A stretch of DNA of 64,000 bases from a virus, in IMG/VR virus record IMGVR_UViG_3300042317_000390, positions 1 to 64,000 of that record. The stretch is one strand, 5' to 3'. Below are positions 20,285 through 30,106 of the stretch, one piece after another. Under the pieces are notes generated by a model, which did no database searches, was not told where the DNA came from, and worked only from the letters and a program-made list of their open reading frames with translations. Both the position numbers and the translations under genes were made by a program. Within the stretch, counting starts at the first letter, position 1; the number at the start of each line of letters is the position of its first letter.

Positions 20285-21592
20285 TTATCTTGATACTTCT
20301 TCCCAGTCCATAGAAGCGTATATATCAGCAGCACCAGCATCAGATGCAGCAACTAATGTTAACTCATAAGGAGAGGAAGTAAGTCCATTTCTTTCCAGCT
20401 GAAACTTAAATAGTGCTTCTTTTAGAATATCAACAGGACTTGAACCCTGATTAGAACCACTGGTCCATCCGGACGCCAAAATTCTTCCACCAGCAAAACT
20501 TGTTCCTGTAAGATTATATTCAACAGCAGAATCATCTCCTGCAGTAGTCCATGTTCCGCCTGTAGTTGCACCAGAAGCTACTACTCTCCAATTATAATTA
20601 GCATTGTTGGTTATTCCTAGTATCGATAAAGCAGTAAGAATAACAATAGCATCAAGTCTATCAGGAGAAGCCTTCAATCTAATTGAGACAACTGGATAAT
20701 ATGTATTAACTGTTGTTAAATCTCTAGGAGCGCCAATAGCTGTTCCAATGGCTTGTTGTAATCCTCTTAGTTCATAACCGCCTTCTGAAATAACAGAGGT
20801 GCAAATTTGTTTTAAGATGCTTGAACCAGAAGTAGTTCCAGTATTTTTAATTTCATAACGGCATGGTAATGAAGCTGTTGTAATATAAGTTGTTGTTACC
20901 AAATTTGAATGATAGAATGTATGACAATGAATAAATTTACCATCAATAACAAACCCAAGTCTAACGCAACCAACACCAAGCCATTCAATATCCATCCATA
21001 GAATTTGAGCTTTTGTGATATCTAATGTTAGAAGAGAAGCACCAGCGCCGTCTAATTTGTCAATATTCCAATTTGCCTGAGAAACTCTTGTTTCTTGCAA
21101 ACCACCAGAGACAAAAGTTCTTTCAACAAAAGAAAGAGTTGTGCCATCTAATTCTAAATAAAAACCATTTTTGGCGCCGTAGTATCCAACACGTTGTCTT
21201 AAATTAGTTTTTGCTGTATTAAAAGCAAAAGTGTTCATAATCTGAAGGGATTTACCAGGCTGATAAGAAAATACTTTAGTTGTTTCACGAACAACTTCTG
21301 CGTTTGTTGCCGTAGATACGTTTAGATTAACAAGACCTTCATTAGTAGAAAAGGCATAAGTTCCACCAGCGGTATTAGAAGTGGACCATAGATTGTTATC
21401 ACGGTAACGATGAGAGGAATCAAAAAGAGTTAGTGGACTTGAAACTCTGGCTCTACCAAAAGCATCAACGGCTGTTCCTGTAGGATTTGCTGGTCCAACT
21501 TGATTACCAAACTGATCGGCAAGCATAACAACTTCGAAAATAGTTTTACCATCTGGTAAGTATTGATGCGTATCTTTACGAAACTGTGCCAT
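20285..21592 (-). CDS. putative virion structural protein
   Basis: DAFGR.RVS.P.TLFDS, YQPGKS, WLGVG.VR.GF motifs of a widespread phage structural family. Confidence 0.7.
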   Translation of the reverse strand: MAQFRKDTHQYLPDGKTIFEVVMLADQFGNQVGPANPTGTAVDAFGRARVSSPLTLFDSSHRYRDNNLWSTSNTAGGTYAFSTNEGLVNLNVSTATNAEVVRETTKVFSYQPGKSLQIMNTFAFNTAKTNLRQRVGYYGAKNGFYLELDGTTLSFVERTFVSGGLQETRVSQANWNIDKLDGAGASLLTLDITKAQILWMDIEWLGVGCVRLGFVIDGKFIHCHTFYHSNLVTTTYITTASLPCRYEIKNTGTTSGSSILKQICTSVISEGGYELRGLQQAIGTAIGAPRDLTTVNTYYPVVSIRLKASPDRLDAIVILTALSILGITNNANYNWRVVASGATTGGTWTTAGDDSAVEYNLTGTSFAGGRILASGWTSGSNQGSSPVDILKEALFKFQLERNGLTSSPYELTLVAASDAGAADIYASMDWEEVSR

Positions 21593-21852
21593 TATTTCTT
21601 ACCTTTGGTTTTCTTATTGTTCATATCAGTAGGATTGTGAGCTTTGATGCCAATATCGTCTCTATCATGATGATGGAAATCTTTCATCACCTTTAACATA
21701 GCGCCATTGACTTTATCGGAAGCAAGTTGATTGGTCGTGACATATTGACTTACACCATCAACTGGGGCAGAAGGATCTCCTGTAACATAACCAAGACCTC
21801 TTACATCACCGGAAATTGTTTCTTCTTTGAAAAAATCTTTAAAAGAAAGCAT
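21592..21852 (-). CDS. small protein with capsid-targeting-like N-terminus
   Basis: MLSFKDFFKE resembles the T4 internal-protein targeting peptide MKTYQEFIAE; CTAAATA late box upstream. Confidence 0.55.
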   Translation of the reverse strand: MLSFKDFFKEETISGDVRGLGYVTGDPSAPVDGVSQYVTTNQLASDKVNGAMLKVMKDFHHHDRDDIGIKAHNPTDMNNKKTKGKK

Positions 21853-21890
21853 ATTGATCCTCTGAAACTCTACAATTTGTATTATTTAGG

Positions 21891-21922
21891 AAAAGAAAAA
21901 GGGCAAGCCTTTCGACTTGCCC
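21891..21922 (-). terminator. intrinsic terminator
   Basis: GGGCAAGTC-GAAA-GGCTTGCCC followed by TTTTTCTTTT. Confidence 0.88.
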
Positions 21923-22043
21923 CGATGAATTTCTAACAAAAATACGGTCGGGTGGAACCCCACCATTTACTCCCGACTATTCCGTGGCCCTTTCTTTATT
22001 AGGCTCGTGCCGCTTCCACTACTGTGGACTACATATTTTTGCT
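21891..22043 (-). ncRNA. candidate late small structured RNA
   Basis: ACTAAATA at 22049-22056, GC-rich multi-stem body without a credible ORF, terminator at 3' end. Confidence 0.5.
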
Positions 22044-22209
22044 ACTCTTATTTAGTATAAAGGAAGGCGTGAATCCTGCAAAACCACCGCCTAAATTAAG
22101 AAATTTCATATATTTTTTAGCATCTTCTTGTTTTTTAAAGGTATTGATGTGATACCCTGTTGCCTTTTCTTCAACGCAATAAGCCTCACCGACCTTTACG
22201 ACTTTATAA

Positions 22210-22395
22210 TCAAGCGCCATCCATAACCTCCTTCATAACTCTACGGATCTCTTCAACCAACACCTTACTACACACAGCACAATCTGGTTGCCAATTCATC
22301 ATATTCAAAACCAGTCTTTCGTTTGGTTCATGAACAAATTGAATAGCATCCCTAATTTTTTCAGTGGTTATTTCGTTACAAGAACATACGATCAA
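22210..22395 (-). CDS. bfd: Bfd-like [2Fe-2S] ferredoxin
   Basis: MIVCSCN.IT...IR.AI...CAVC; 61 aa. Confidence 0.82.
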   Translation of the reverse strand: MIVCSCNEITTEKIRDAIQFVHEPNERLVLNMMNWQPDCAVCSKVLVEEIRRVMKEVMDGA

Positions 22396-22952
22396 CTTTG
22401 TTTCCTCTCTTTACATTTATCAAAATGATATCTATACATACTATTGCTTTTTCCAACCTTTCCGCAGTGAGGACATTTATGTATTTTTTGAGTATGATGA
22501 TTGCCTTCTTTTATTAATTTTAAATGAGCGTTTCTTTGCACATTCCCGCCAATTAAAGGATGTAATCCATTTTCTATCATTTTTCTGTTATGTTCAGAGC
22601 CTCTTTCTCCAGAAAAATGATGTTTTCCATTTTTAGATGCTATTTTCATAGGATTACTGTTTCCTATGAAATGATGCTTACCAGACTTTATCCTATCGGC
22701 TTGAACTTTTTTAGATAGTTCTGATAATTGTTCTGAAGACATTTTCATCTTTCTAGACAGCAACCAACAAGCACCCCAATCTCCTTGAGAATGATGTATA
22801 TTGTAATGTTCTTGAATAGAAAGAGCAATTAAATTTGAAGGGTCGTTGTTTTTATCATTTCCATCAATATGGTGAATATCATAAGTTCTACCGTCCTCAT
22901 CTTTAGGAATAGGACCATAATATTGTTCGTAAATACGACGATAAATACGCAT
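22392..22952 (-). CDS. HNH homing endonuclease
   Basis: YDIHHIDGN..NN.P.NL.AL...EH, G.HHF repeats, C-terminal CPHC...YH...C zinc finger. Confidence 0.88.
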   Translation of the reverse strand: MRIYRRIYEQYYGPIPKDEDGRTYDIHHIDGNDKNNDPSNLIALSIQEHYNIHHSQGDWGACWLLSRKMKMSSEQLSELSKKVQADRIKSGKHHFIGNSNPMKIASKNGKHHFSGERGSEHNRKMIENGLHPLIGGNVQRNAHLKLIKEGNHHTQKIHKCPHCGKVGKSNSMYRYHFDKCKERKQS

Positions 22953-23019
22953 AGCTGTGTCTCCCGTTAGAGCATAGAGTCCTTAGAGCGCCAACTCGTG
23001 AAGGACACATCTATTTATA
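22953..23019 (-). promoter_or_regulatory. T4-type late promoter (TATAAATA) plus structured leader of HNH gene 2
   Basis: TATAAATA at 23012-23019, stems TAGA/TCTA, GTCCTT/AAGGAC, GAG/CTC, then GGGAG RBS. Confidence 0.78.
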
Positions 23020-23221
23020 TAATTATGGGTTCCCCAAATATTGCATTAGAGTTTTAAGAAATACATATAGTGCGTTTGCGATTACTGCTGCTTTAAAAGC
23101 TGCCCAACCTAGTGGGTTTAATTTCATTGCACAAATAACGGAACGAAGTGCGCAAGGATAACCCGGAATAAACTAGCAAATAATATAGCAGGAACGATTA
23201 CTCTAGCCCATTCAGGCATAG

Positions 23222-24616
23222 TTACTTGAATCCTTCAAACTTAGGTTTAGGTTTGCGCCGCTCTGTTTCTTCTTCCATAAACTTACCTTTGTCCATTACT
23301 GGACGATCATCTGTAATACCATCTTGAGCTGATTGCTCAACGTCGTATAATCGCATCTTGCTGCGATCCACCCCAAGGACGAACCTGCGATTAGACCCAG
23401 GATCAGAGTAACGGTTCTTGAGCTGTTTAACCATGATCTGACCGAGACTTTCAAGTTCTTCGGAACTGATGAGTGCAAACATAAAATCAGCTGTGGCTGG
23501 GAGTCCAAAGGATTCCGATGTATCCTCCAGTCCCACGTCGCTGTTCGAATATCCGCTTCGAGTTGTTTGAGTTGCAGTGACGATAGGGACGTTGTACTCA
23601 ACTGCCAACCCTCGAAGCTCTTCTGCGATTGCTTTGACAAGGGTATAAGAATTGACGTTGGCTCCATTTTTAATCCTCGAAGATAGGCAGATGTTCAAAT
23701 AATCAATATAGATAATATCAGGTTCAAAGTTCTTCTTAATTCTTAGTTCATTAAGAAGATGACGAAAGTTAGCAGAACCAGCGCAAGCTGTTGGATATTC
23801 TTTAATAATCAGCTTACCAGTAATCTTTTCCTTTAACTTATTAATCTTAGTATCATAAGTTTGTTTAGGAATAGATTCTAACTGATCAACAGTAATATCT
23901 AACAAGTTAGAGTCAATACGTTCTGCTATCCTTTCCTCCGCCATTTCTAGCGTGATATACAGTACGTTAAGCCCTCTTGAGATATTTGCTGCTGCGCAGT
24001 GGCACATGAATAGGGATTTACCAACGCCTGTCCCTGCCAAGGCAACGTTGAGCGTTTTGTTCGGTAATCCACCATTTGTAATTGTGTTGAAGTAGTCAAG
24101 ATCGAAAGGAACTCTTTTCTCTTTACGATGGTAGAACTCGTATCTCTCATCACTGTCAACCAGAAAATCATGACCAATGTGGGTATCAAAAGAGACACCA
24201 AGAGCGTCAGTGAGGATTGTCGGTATATTTCCTTTGGAGATTGATCCATCTTTTTCATCCATTATTTTGATTGACTTCATGATCGCAAGATAAAGTGCTT
24301 TATCCTGACAGAACTTCTCTGTCTGATCCAAGAGCCAATCTAGTTGAGTGTTAGAATCAGCTTCAAGACCAGCAATAACTTCCTTGCTATCCTTAAAAGT
24401 CTGATCGTTTAGTCCTTCTTTATTAGACAGGTCTATTGCTAACGCTTCTATAGAAGGGAAAGAGTTATACTTTTTTACATAGTCATCAATAATATCAAAA
24501 ACTACACGTTCTGAATAATCCTGAAAGTAATCGTTCTTGATAAAAGGTATAACCTTTCTGTTGTATTTATCGTTGAATAATAAATTAGAAAGTATAACTC
24601 TCTCAATGTTCATCAA
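23222..24616 (-). CDS. gp41: replicative DNA helicase (T4 gp41-like)
   Basis: Walker A AGTGVGKS, YITLEMAEE, IDYLNIC, TSESFGLPATAD, KQLKNRY. Confidence 0.95.
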   Translation of the reverse strand: MMNIERVILSNLLFNDKYNRKVIPFIKNDYFQDYSERVVFDIIDDYVKKYNSFPSIEALAIDLSNKEGLNDQTFKDSKEVIAGLEADSNTQLDWLLDQTEKFCQDKALYLAIMKSIKIMDEKDGSISKGNIPTILTDALGVSFDTHIGHDFLVDSDERYEFYHRKEKRVPFDLDYFNTITNGGLPNKTLNVALAGTGVGKSLFMCHCAAANISRGLNVLYITLEMAEERIAERIDSNLLDITVDQLESIPKQTYDTKINKLKEKITGKLIIKEYPTACAGSANFRHLLNELRIKKNFEPDIIYIDYLNICLSSRIKNGANVNSYTLVKAIAEELRGLAVEYNVPIVTATQTTRSGYSNSDVGLEDTSESFGLPATADFMFALISSEELESLGQIMVKQLKNRYSDPGSNRRFVLGVDRSKMRLYDVEQSAQDGITDDRPVMDKGKFMEEETERRKPKPKFEGFK

Positions 24617-25680
24617 ACCTCCGTATTGTCTTCTTCGTCGTAAACCAAAGAGCCTTCAGTGTCAAGTGAGTATCTACGTTTAATATAGGAAGCAAAATCT
24701 GTTTCCTTGAAAATACTCATCCAAAATTCTTTAGAGTCCACGATATCACCCGCTCTGAAGTTCTTTCCATCCACTTCCCCAGTTGTTCTATCCACTTTGG
24801 CGTACCACCCAACTTTCGGCTTAGCCACATAACCACCTTCGAGGGCAATATCGAGCAGACCGCTCCAACGATTAATACCACCCTCATAACTAACGGTAAT
24901 CGGTATCTTAGATTTTTCACGAACGTAACGGGATTTCTCAACATTAATGACAAAATGGTAGCCTTGAATCTCAGTGCCATCTTTTTCCTGCTGCCGTCCT
25001 AGAATCCAAATGTTATCCGCACCGTAGTAAGCGCCAGTCCCGCCACCAACAATATCTTTAGGGAACATACCAATTTCTTTGTAAGTATGATTGACTGCCA
25101 CAAGGGGAATATCCTTTAACGTCAGATGTGGGGTAATCATTCTGAATAGCGATTTAAGCTGCTTAGCACGAGACATATCAGCAACTGACTTCTCGTTTAG
25201 AGCATCTTCAACCTCTTTCTTAGACGCTAAATTGCCGATAGAGTCAACTATAATCAGGACGTTTTCATCACGAGTTATCTCTTTTAGTTGCTTCATCAGA
25301 TCAAACTTAAGTTCTTCAACGTCTGTGATAGGCGTATGAACAACTGAATCAAGAGGGATCTTGAACTTCGTAAAATAACTCTGTGGTGTACCAAACTCCG
25401 AATCATAGAATAGAATTACACCATCTGGATACTTCTTAAGATAGGCAGATGCTAATAGTAAAGCAAATCCTGTCTTAAAGTGCTTTGATGGACCAGCCAA
25501 CATAGTTAGACCGGGAGTAATACCACCATCGATTGTTCCTGATAACGCTACATTAATCATAGGAACGGTAGTAGGAATCATATCCTTCTTCGTGTAAATC
25601 TTCGAATCAGTCAACGTTGACGTATAATCAATCGTTGAGTTTTTAATCAACTTATCCTTTAACGACATATACTTCTCCAC
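24613..25680 (-). CDS. uvsX: RecA-like recombinase
   Basis: AGPSKHFKT, FYDSEFG, DSIGNLASKKE, ADMSRAK, VGGGTG. Confidence 0.95.
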   Translation of the reverse strand: MEKYMSLKDKLIKNSTIDYTSTLTDSKIYTKKDMIPTTVPMINVALSGTIDGGITPGLTMLAGPSKHFKTGFALLLASAYLKKYPDGVILFYDSEFGTPQSYFTKFKIPLDSVVHTPITDVEELKFDLMKQLKEITRDENVLIIVDSIGNLASKKEVEDALNEKSVADMSRAKQLKSLFRMITPHLTLKDIPLVAVNHTYKEIGMFPKDIVGGGTGAYYGADNIWILGRQQEKDGTEIQGYHFVINVEKSRYVREKSKIPITVSYEGGINRWSGLLDIALEGGYVAKPKVGWYAKVDRTTGEVDGKNFRAGDIVDSKEFWMSIFKETDFASYIKRRYSLDTEGSLVYDEEDNTEV

Positions 25681-25947
25681 TTAGCTCTTAATGTAAGCAT
25701 CCATCTTCTTAATGAAAGCATCGATCTGTTTAGTTCTATCAGCACCAGCCCATTTAATAATATCCTTATCAGGATTCTTCTTTAGCTGTAGTAATAGAGG
25801 CATAATCATTTTACGTAGACCATCTAGCTTGACCTGAACAGATCCTAGCTGATCTTGTAACTCTAGTTCTCCCGACTTTAGTTCATCTTCCGATGTAAAA
25901 CCAAAATCAAAATCTATATTGAAATCATCTTCTGGCGTATCAGACAT
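25681..25947 (-). CDS. conserved T4-like hypothetical protein
   Basis: DFDFGF...I.PLL..LKKNP.K..I.W..R pattern, between pol and uvsX. Confidence 0.65.
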   Translation of the reverse strand: MSDTPEDDFNIDFDFGFTSEDELKSGELELQDQLGSVQVKLDGLRKMIMPLLLQLKKNPDKDIIKWAGADRTKQIDAFIKKMDAYIKS

Positions 25948-25956
25948 TTAATTCTC

Positions 25957-28437
25957 CTATGTGAAAAAACTTTCTAGCGTTGAAATATTCTCAGTTTGCC
26001 AACCTATAATTGAAGTAATAGCTTTCAGAGGGTCCATGAATGATTTCTCAAACTGTTGCTCTCTGTCGATATACTTTTCTAGGTTAAACTGTTTAGGAAG
26101 AACGTCATGGATTGCGATAACCGTTTCCTGAATAGGATTTGGTTCGATAAGATATGCGAACTTAATCTTATCACCATCCATGATAGGTTGGATTTCCTTA
26201 ACATCATGAAACTTTAGCATATTATTAAAGATTAAAGCGCCTTTAACATGAATAGGCGTTCCCTTCTTGTATATAGACGCTTTATCTGTATACTTTCCCA
26301 TATTCTTAACGCTACGAGGAAATGCAATATCCTCTAGCGGCAGATCCAAGAACTCTTGTTTGAATGTAGTTATAAACTTCTTGAGTTCATCCTCAGTCCC
26401 GTTCATAATAATCTTTAATGCTTTCTTGATGTTCTCACGACAAGCATGTGGAGTAGAAGAACGAACTGCTTCGATTCCCTGAATCTTTAACTTTGGCTCA
26501 CTATACTGTACACCTTCAACGTTCCATGCGTTGAGGATATACATCTTCTTAGCTTTCCAAATACCTTTATTAGCAATAGTTTCACGCTTCATCTTCATCT
26601 TCTGTTGATAAGCGTTCATATACTCTGCTAATTCAGCGTAACAATTATCGATGAATGGTTGAATTCTATCTTCACAGAACTTATCTAGCGACTCAACTAT
26701 GAGTAGTTGATCATCGCCGCCAATAACATCAACCACACCGGCCATACTAACATAAATCGAATCAGTATCTGAGGCGATAACATAATCAACACCCTTTGTC
26801 TTTAAAATCTTATTCATATAATCGTTAATCTTACGCTCAATCCATCTAATAGATAGCTGACCGGACATTGTAATAGATTCTGCTAGATCAAAATTAAACC
26901 AACGGAAATACTGATTACCTAGTGCGCCATAAGCTGAGTTAAGCTGAATCTTACGAGCCATCTGCATATTATGATAGCGTGAGATTAGCTTCTCGTCTTC
27001 TGAATTAGGATTATTTTCATAACGCTGTTTAGCTTCAAGCATTAACTTCTTATACTTTGTTCGGTCGTCATACATACGTTCCATCAAAGCTGGTAAAAAG
27101 CCTTGTTCGTCTTTGCGGTAAAAGCAACCGTTAGCAGCGTAAGTATAAGTGTTTTGACTTCTAAATGGAATCTTATCAAGAAGCTCTTCAATAGAAAGAG
27201 GCTCCGACGCTTTACCACAATAAGTCTCAGGACTGATATTATACTGCATAATAAGATGAGGATATAGACTGTTCAAGTCAAATGAGACTACCCAATCATT
27301 AAGTCCTAGCTTTGGTTCTTTAACGTAACCACCAACTAGGTTATCAAATCCATGATTACGCTTGGTTTGTGGTATAACGATATTTTTCTCAAGGAGATAG
27401 TTATGAATAATAATATCCCAAGGACGAATAGTTGTCATTGTATCGTTAAAGTTCACCTTGGCGTCATAGGCTAGAGCCATAATCTGCTCAATAAACTTCA
27501 ACTTATCATCAAGACGTTCTACTAGAACAACGTCATGGATGTTATATTCTAGGTAAAGCTGAAAGTTATCTCTGTAAAGATTATTAAGACTGCCATACTC
27601 AGAATAGTCAATCTTATTCTCACCAAGTTCAATACTTGCGATATAATCTAGTTTATATGATTCCTGATTACCGAATGTGAACTTACGATAGATCTGAAAG
27701 TAATCTAGAACAGAGATACCGTGAATATCGTAGCTCTTGCTCTCTTTTGATTTGAACTCTACGATCTTCTCATCTACCATCTTCCAAGGAGAAAGACGTT
27801 TAATTTCTTTTTCACCAAACAGATTTTTAATACGAGTAACAAGATAAGGAATATCGAAGAACTCAATATTCCATCCAGTGAGGATGTCCGGCATCCAGTC
27901 TTTACTCTCCCAAACCTGTAGAAACTTCTGTAGAAGATCTTCTTCATTCTTACACTTTAGATAATAGATATTTTCTGATTTAGGAGTAAAGTCCTTAACG
28001 CCAAAGCAAGCAATCTTGTTTCTTAGTTTAAGTGAGATAGCAGTGATGGGTTGATCGGCAAGTTCGATGTTAGGAAAGCCAACAACATCGTCGCCGCCGC
28101 ACTCAATGTCAAGAGTAACAATATTAATGAGGGACGGGTCATAATTGATTTCGCCTTTGAACTTATCAAAGATGTAAAGATATTGGAAAGTAGTTAGACC
28201 ATAGATCTCCATATTGGAGACATCTTTGTATCTTTCCATAAAGTCTCTAGCGTCTCTAATACCGTCAAAGTCCATGCGCTCGACGGGTTTGCCATCTAGA
28301 GTTTTATACTTACCATCTGGTTTAGGAAGAAATAGATATGGCTTATATTTGTCTACGTATTGAACTCTAGAACCTTTATCAAAACCACGAACGTAAACTT
28401 TATCACCACGAGAAAAAATATTTGTATAGAAATCCAA
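25957..28437 (-). CDS. gp43: family B DNA polymerase (T4 gp43-like); start moved to TTG 28437
   Basis: ExoI DIE, SFDLNSLYPH, KIQLNSAYG, ASDTDS, KKMY; GGAGG RBS 6 nt before TTG. Confidence 0.96.
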   Translation of the reverse strand: MDFYTNIFSRGDKVYVRGFDKGSRVQYVDKYKPYLFLPKPDGKYKTLDGKPVERMDFDGIRDARDFMERYKDVSNMEIYGLTTFQYLYIFDKFKGEINYDPSLINIVTLDIECGGDDVVGFPNIELADQPITAISLKLRNKIACFGVKDFTPKSENIYYLKCKNEEDLLQKFLQVWESKDWMPDILTGWNIEFFDIPYLVTRIKNLFGEKEIKRLSPWKMVDEKIVEFKSKESKSYDIHGISVLDYFQIYRKFTFGNQESYKLDYIASIELGENKIDYSEYGSLNNLYRDNFQLYLEYNIHDVVLVERLDDKLKFIEQIMALAYDAKVNFNDTMTTIRPWDIIIHNYLLEKNIVIPQTKRNHGFDNLVGGYVKEPKLGLNDWVVSFDLNSLYPHLIMQYNISPETYCGKASEPLSIEELLDKIPFRSQNTYTYAANGCFYRKDEQGFLPALMERMYDDRTKYKKLMLEAKQRYENNPNSEDEKLISRYHNMQMARKIQLNSAYGALGNQYFRWFNFDLAESITMSGQLSIRWIERKINDYMNKILKTKGVDYVIASDTDSIYVSMAGVVDVIGGDDQLLIVESLDKFCEDRIQPFIDNCYAELAEYMNAYQQKMKMKRETIANKGIWKAKKMYILNAWNVEGVQYSEPKLKIQGIEAVRSSTPHACRENIKKALKIIMNGTEDELKKFITTFKQEFLDLPLEDIAFPRSVKNMGKYTDKASIYKKGTPIHVKGALIFNNMLKFHDVKEIQPIMDGDKIKFAYLIEPNPIQETVIAIHDVLPKQFNLEKYIDREQQFEKSFMDPLKAITSIIGWQTENISTLESFFT

Positions 28438-28584
28438 AATTACCTCCAAAAACGGCGTCCGGTCTAAAAGACCCACAGACCCTATAATAAAAAGATGGCT
28501 CCATCTATATCTTAAAGCATGCACTCAGATATAGACACCTAGTTAATTCTAGCGCTCTCATGAATTTCAGAGGAGGGAGCCGAC

Positions 28585-29322
28585 CTATGAGTTAGATTTT
28601 TCTCCACCGATAATCTTTAGGGATTTATTCAATCTTTTAAGTTCCAAAAGATGACCAGAACCCACTATATATACCCCGGATTTACAATTAAGTAAATAGC
28701 CATTTCTTTCGTCTTCAGACTTTTTAGCTAATTTTCCTAATTTATTTGGATAGTCTTGCCAGTTCTTTGGCCATTCAAGCTTTTCGCCTGTTGTTAAAAA
28801 CTTCTTTACGTTTTCTTCTGTTGCTGGCATTCTAGACATTTTTAGGAAATCTATGTCTTCTTCGCTGCCTGCCTTTAGAAACTTAGTTAAATCATTTGCG
28901 TCATAATCTCTATCTTGGAAATACTTATTGCCTTTTTGATTCTTAATTAATGAATCAAATATAGATAGTTTTGGTGATACAAATTTACTAATCATATTAT
29001 TAGCTTTAACATTACTAAACATAGGAGCCATAAACTGTATTGGATAACCGTCTACGCTCTTAGCAAACTCATCGTCCCAAGAACCTTCATAACTTTTATT
29101 AGAACCAAAGAGTTTAACATTAGACTCTATGTCTCCACCATTACCTTCATACCAAATACCGTGTTTCTTACCTATGGATAAGACCTTTTCCTTTAGTTCG
29201 TCAGAAAGAACTATTGGAGAGCCATGACCGCTACCAACGTAAGCTTTAGTTGGACCATCAAAGATTACACCATATGGTGCTTGGCTTTTACTTTCTGATA
29301 TAAATTGTAAAAAAGATTTCAT
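28585..29322 (-). CDS. hypothetical protein with capsid-targeting-like N-terminus
   Basis: MKSFLQFISE start; terminal GSGHL motif. Confidence 0.6.
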   Translation of the reverse strand: MKSFLQFISESKSQAPYGVIFDGPTKAYVGSGHGSPIVLSDELKEKVLSIGKKHGIWYEGNGGDIESNVKLFGSNKSYEGSWDDEFAKSVDGYPIQFMAPMFSNVKANNMISKFVSPKLSIFDSLIKNQKGNKYFQDRDYDANDLTKFLKAGSEEDIDFLKMSRMPATEENVKKFLTTGEKLEWPKNWQDYPNKLGKLAKKSEDERNGYLLNCKSGVYIVGSGHLLELKRLNKSLKIIGGEKSNS

Positions 29323-29618
29323 TCGTCCTTTTTGTCCTTGATCAAGTCCATCTGTTTCATTTTTTCTTGACCTCTAGACCAAGAAGACACGCCCAAGATA
29401 GCGCCCATAGATAAGTGGAATACGCCAGCGTTTTGTAAAGTAAGTGGTTGCCATTCTCCAAAGTTACTACTCCCAGATTGCATCGCATACCAAACATAAA
29501 AGATTGGTCCGATAATAAAGTCAAATAAACATATAGCAACATAAGCCCAAGCGAGAGTGGCACGCCAATATCTGGTATACCAACTCTCTGCGTTATATGC
29601 TTCTTGTAGCTTATCCAT
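29319..29618 (-). CDS. putative holin (GTA-type holin family-like)
   Basis: WR...AW.Y..IC.FDF..GP, LGVS.W.R..EK; two TM segments; adjacent to endolysin. Confidence 0.7.
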   Translation of the reverse strand: MDKLQEAYNAESWYTRYWRATLAWAYVAICLFDFIIGPIFYVWYAMQSGSSNFGEWQPLTLQNAGVFHLSMGAILGVSSWSRGQEKMKQMDLIKDKKDE

Positions 29619-30106
29619 TAGCCTATTACAGCCGCTTGGAAGTGCATACCATCTGGGCGAGACTTCCAGTCACCACCCCAAACCCAACCTTCTTCTTTAA
29701 AGAACTTAACCATTGGGCTTTCATCAGTAAAACTTTCGGAATGATAACCTGGCTTCCATCCAAGCTGATTCTCTGGAGCGTTAATATCAATAGCTAAACC
29801 ATAAGCATGCATCGATAGGTTTCTTCCGCCACGCATAGGTCTTACCATATGTGCGCCAGAGAAAACATCTAGACCGTGATGTTTAATAGTAGCCTTATCT
29901 TTACCATAATATTCCCAAGTCTTGGTTAGAACTCTAAGTAAAGACTCAGCGCAAATCTTATTCATTGTACATCTTTTAATGACAATATCTCCCATATACA
30001 TTGTATAAGGAAGAGTTACTAGTGTTAGATTTTTGCTAAAAGAACGCTGTGTTGGATTTCCAAATTTAGCAAGACACTCAGATTGCTTTGGCCATTTATT
30101 ACTCAT
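29618..30106 (-). CDS. endolysin, peptidase M15 family
   Basis: R.MRGG..LSMHAYGLAIDIN and WGGDW...D.MHFQ zinc-peptidase motifs. Confidence 0.88.
   Translation of the reverse strand: MSNKWPKQSECLAKFGNPTQRSFSKNLTLVTLPYTMYMGDIVIKRCTMNKICAESLLRVLTKTWEYYGKDKATIKHHGLDVFSGAHMVRPMRGGRNLSMHAYGLAIDINAPENQLGWKPGYHSESFTDESPMVKFFKEEGWVWGGDWKSRPDGMHFQAAVIG

Noticed and set aside
28438-28524. N-terminal extension of DNA polymerase given in the ORF track
   Set aside because: A strong GGAGG precedes TTG 28437, and the extension overlaps structured non-coding sequence.
28497-28581. Second tRNA gene
   Set aside because: Cloverleaf-like, but arm lengths are wrong and there is no TTCRA loop or CCA; kept only as an unknown structured element.
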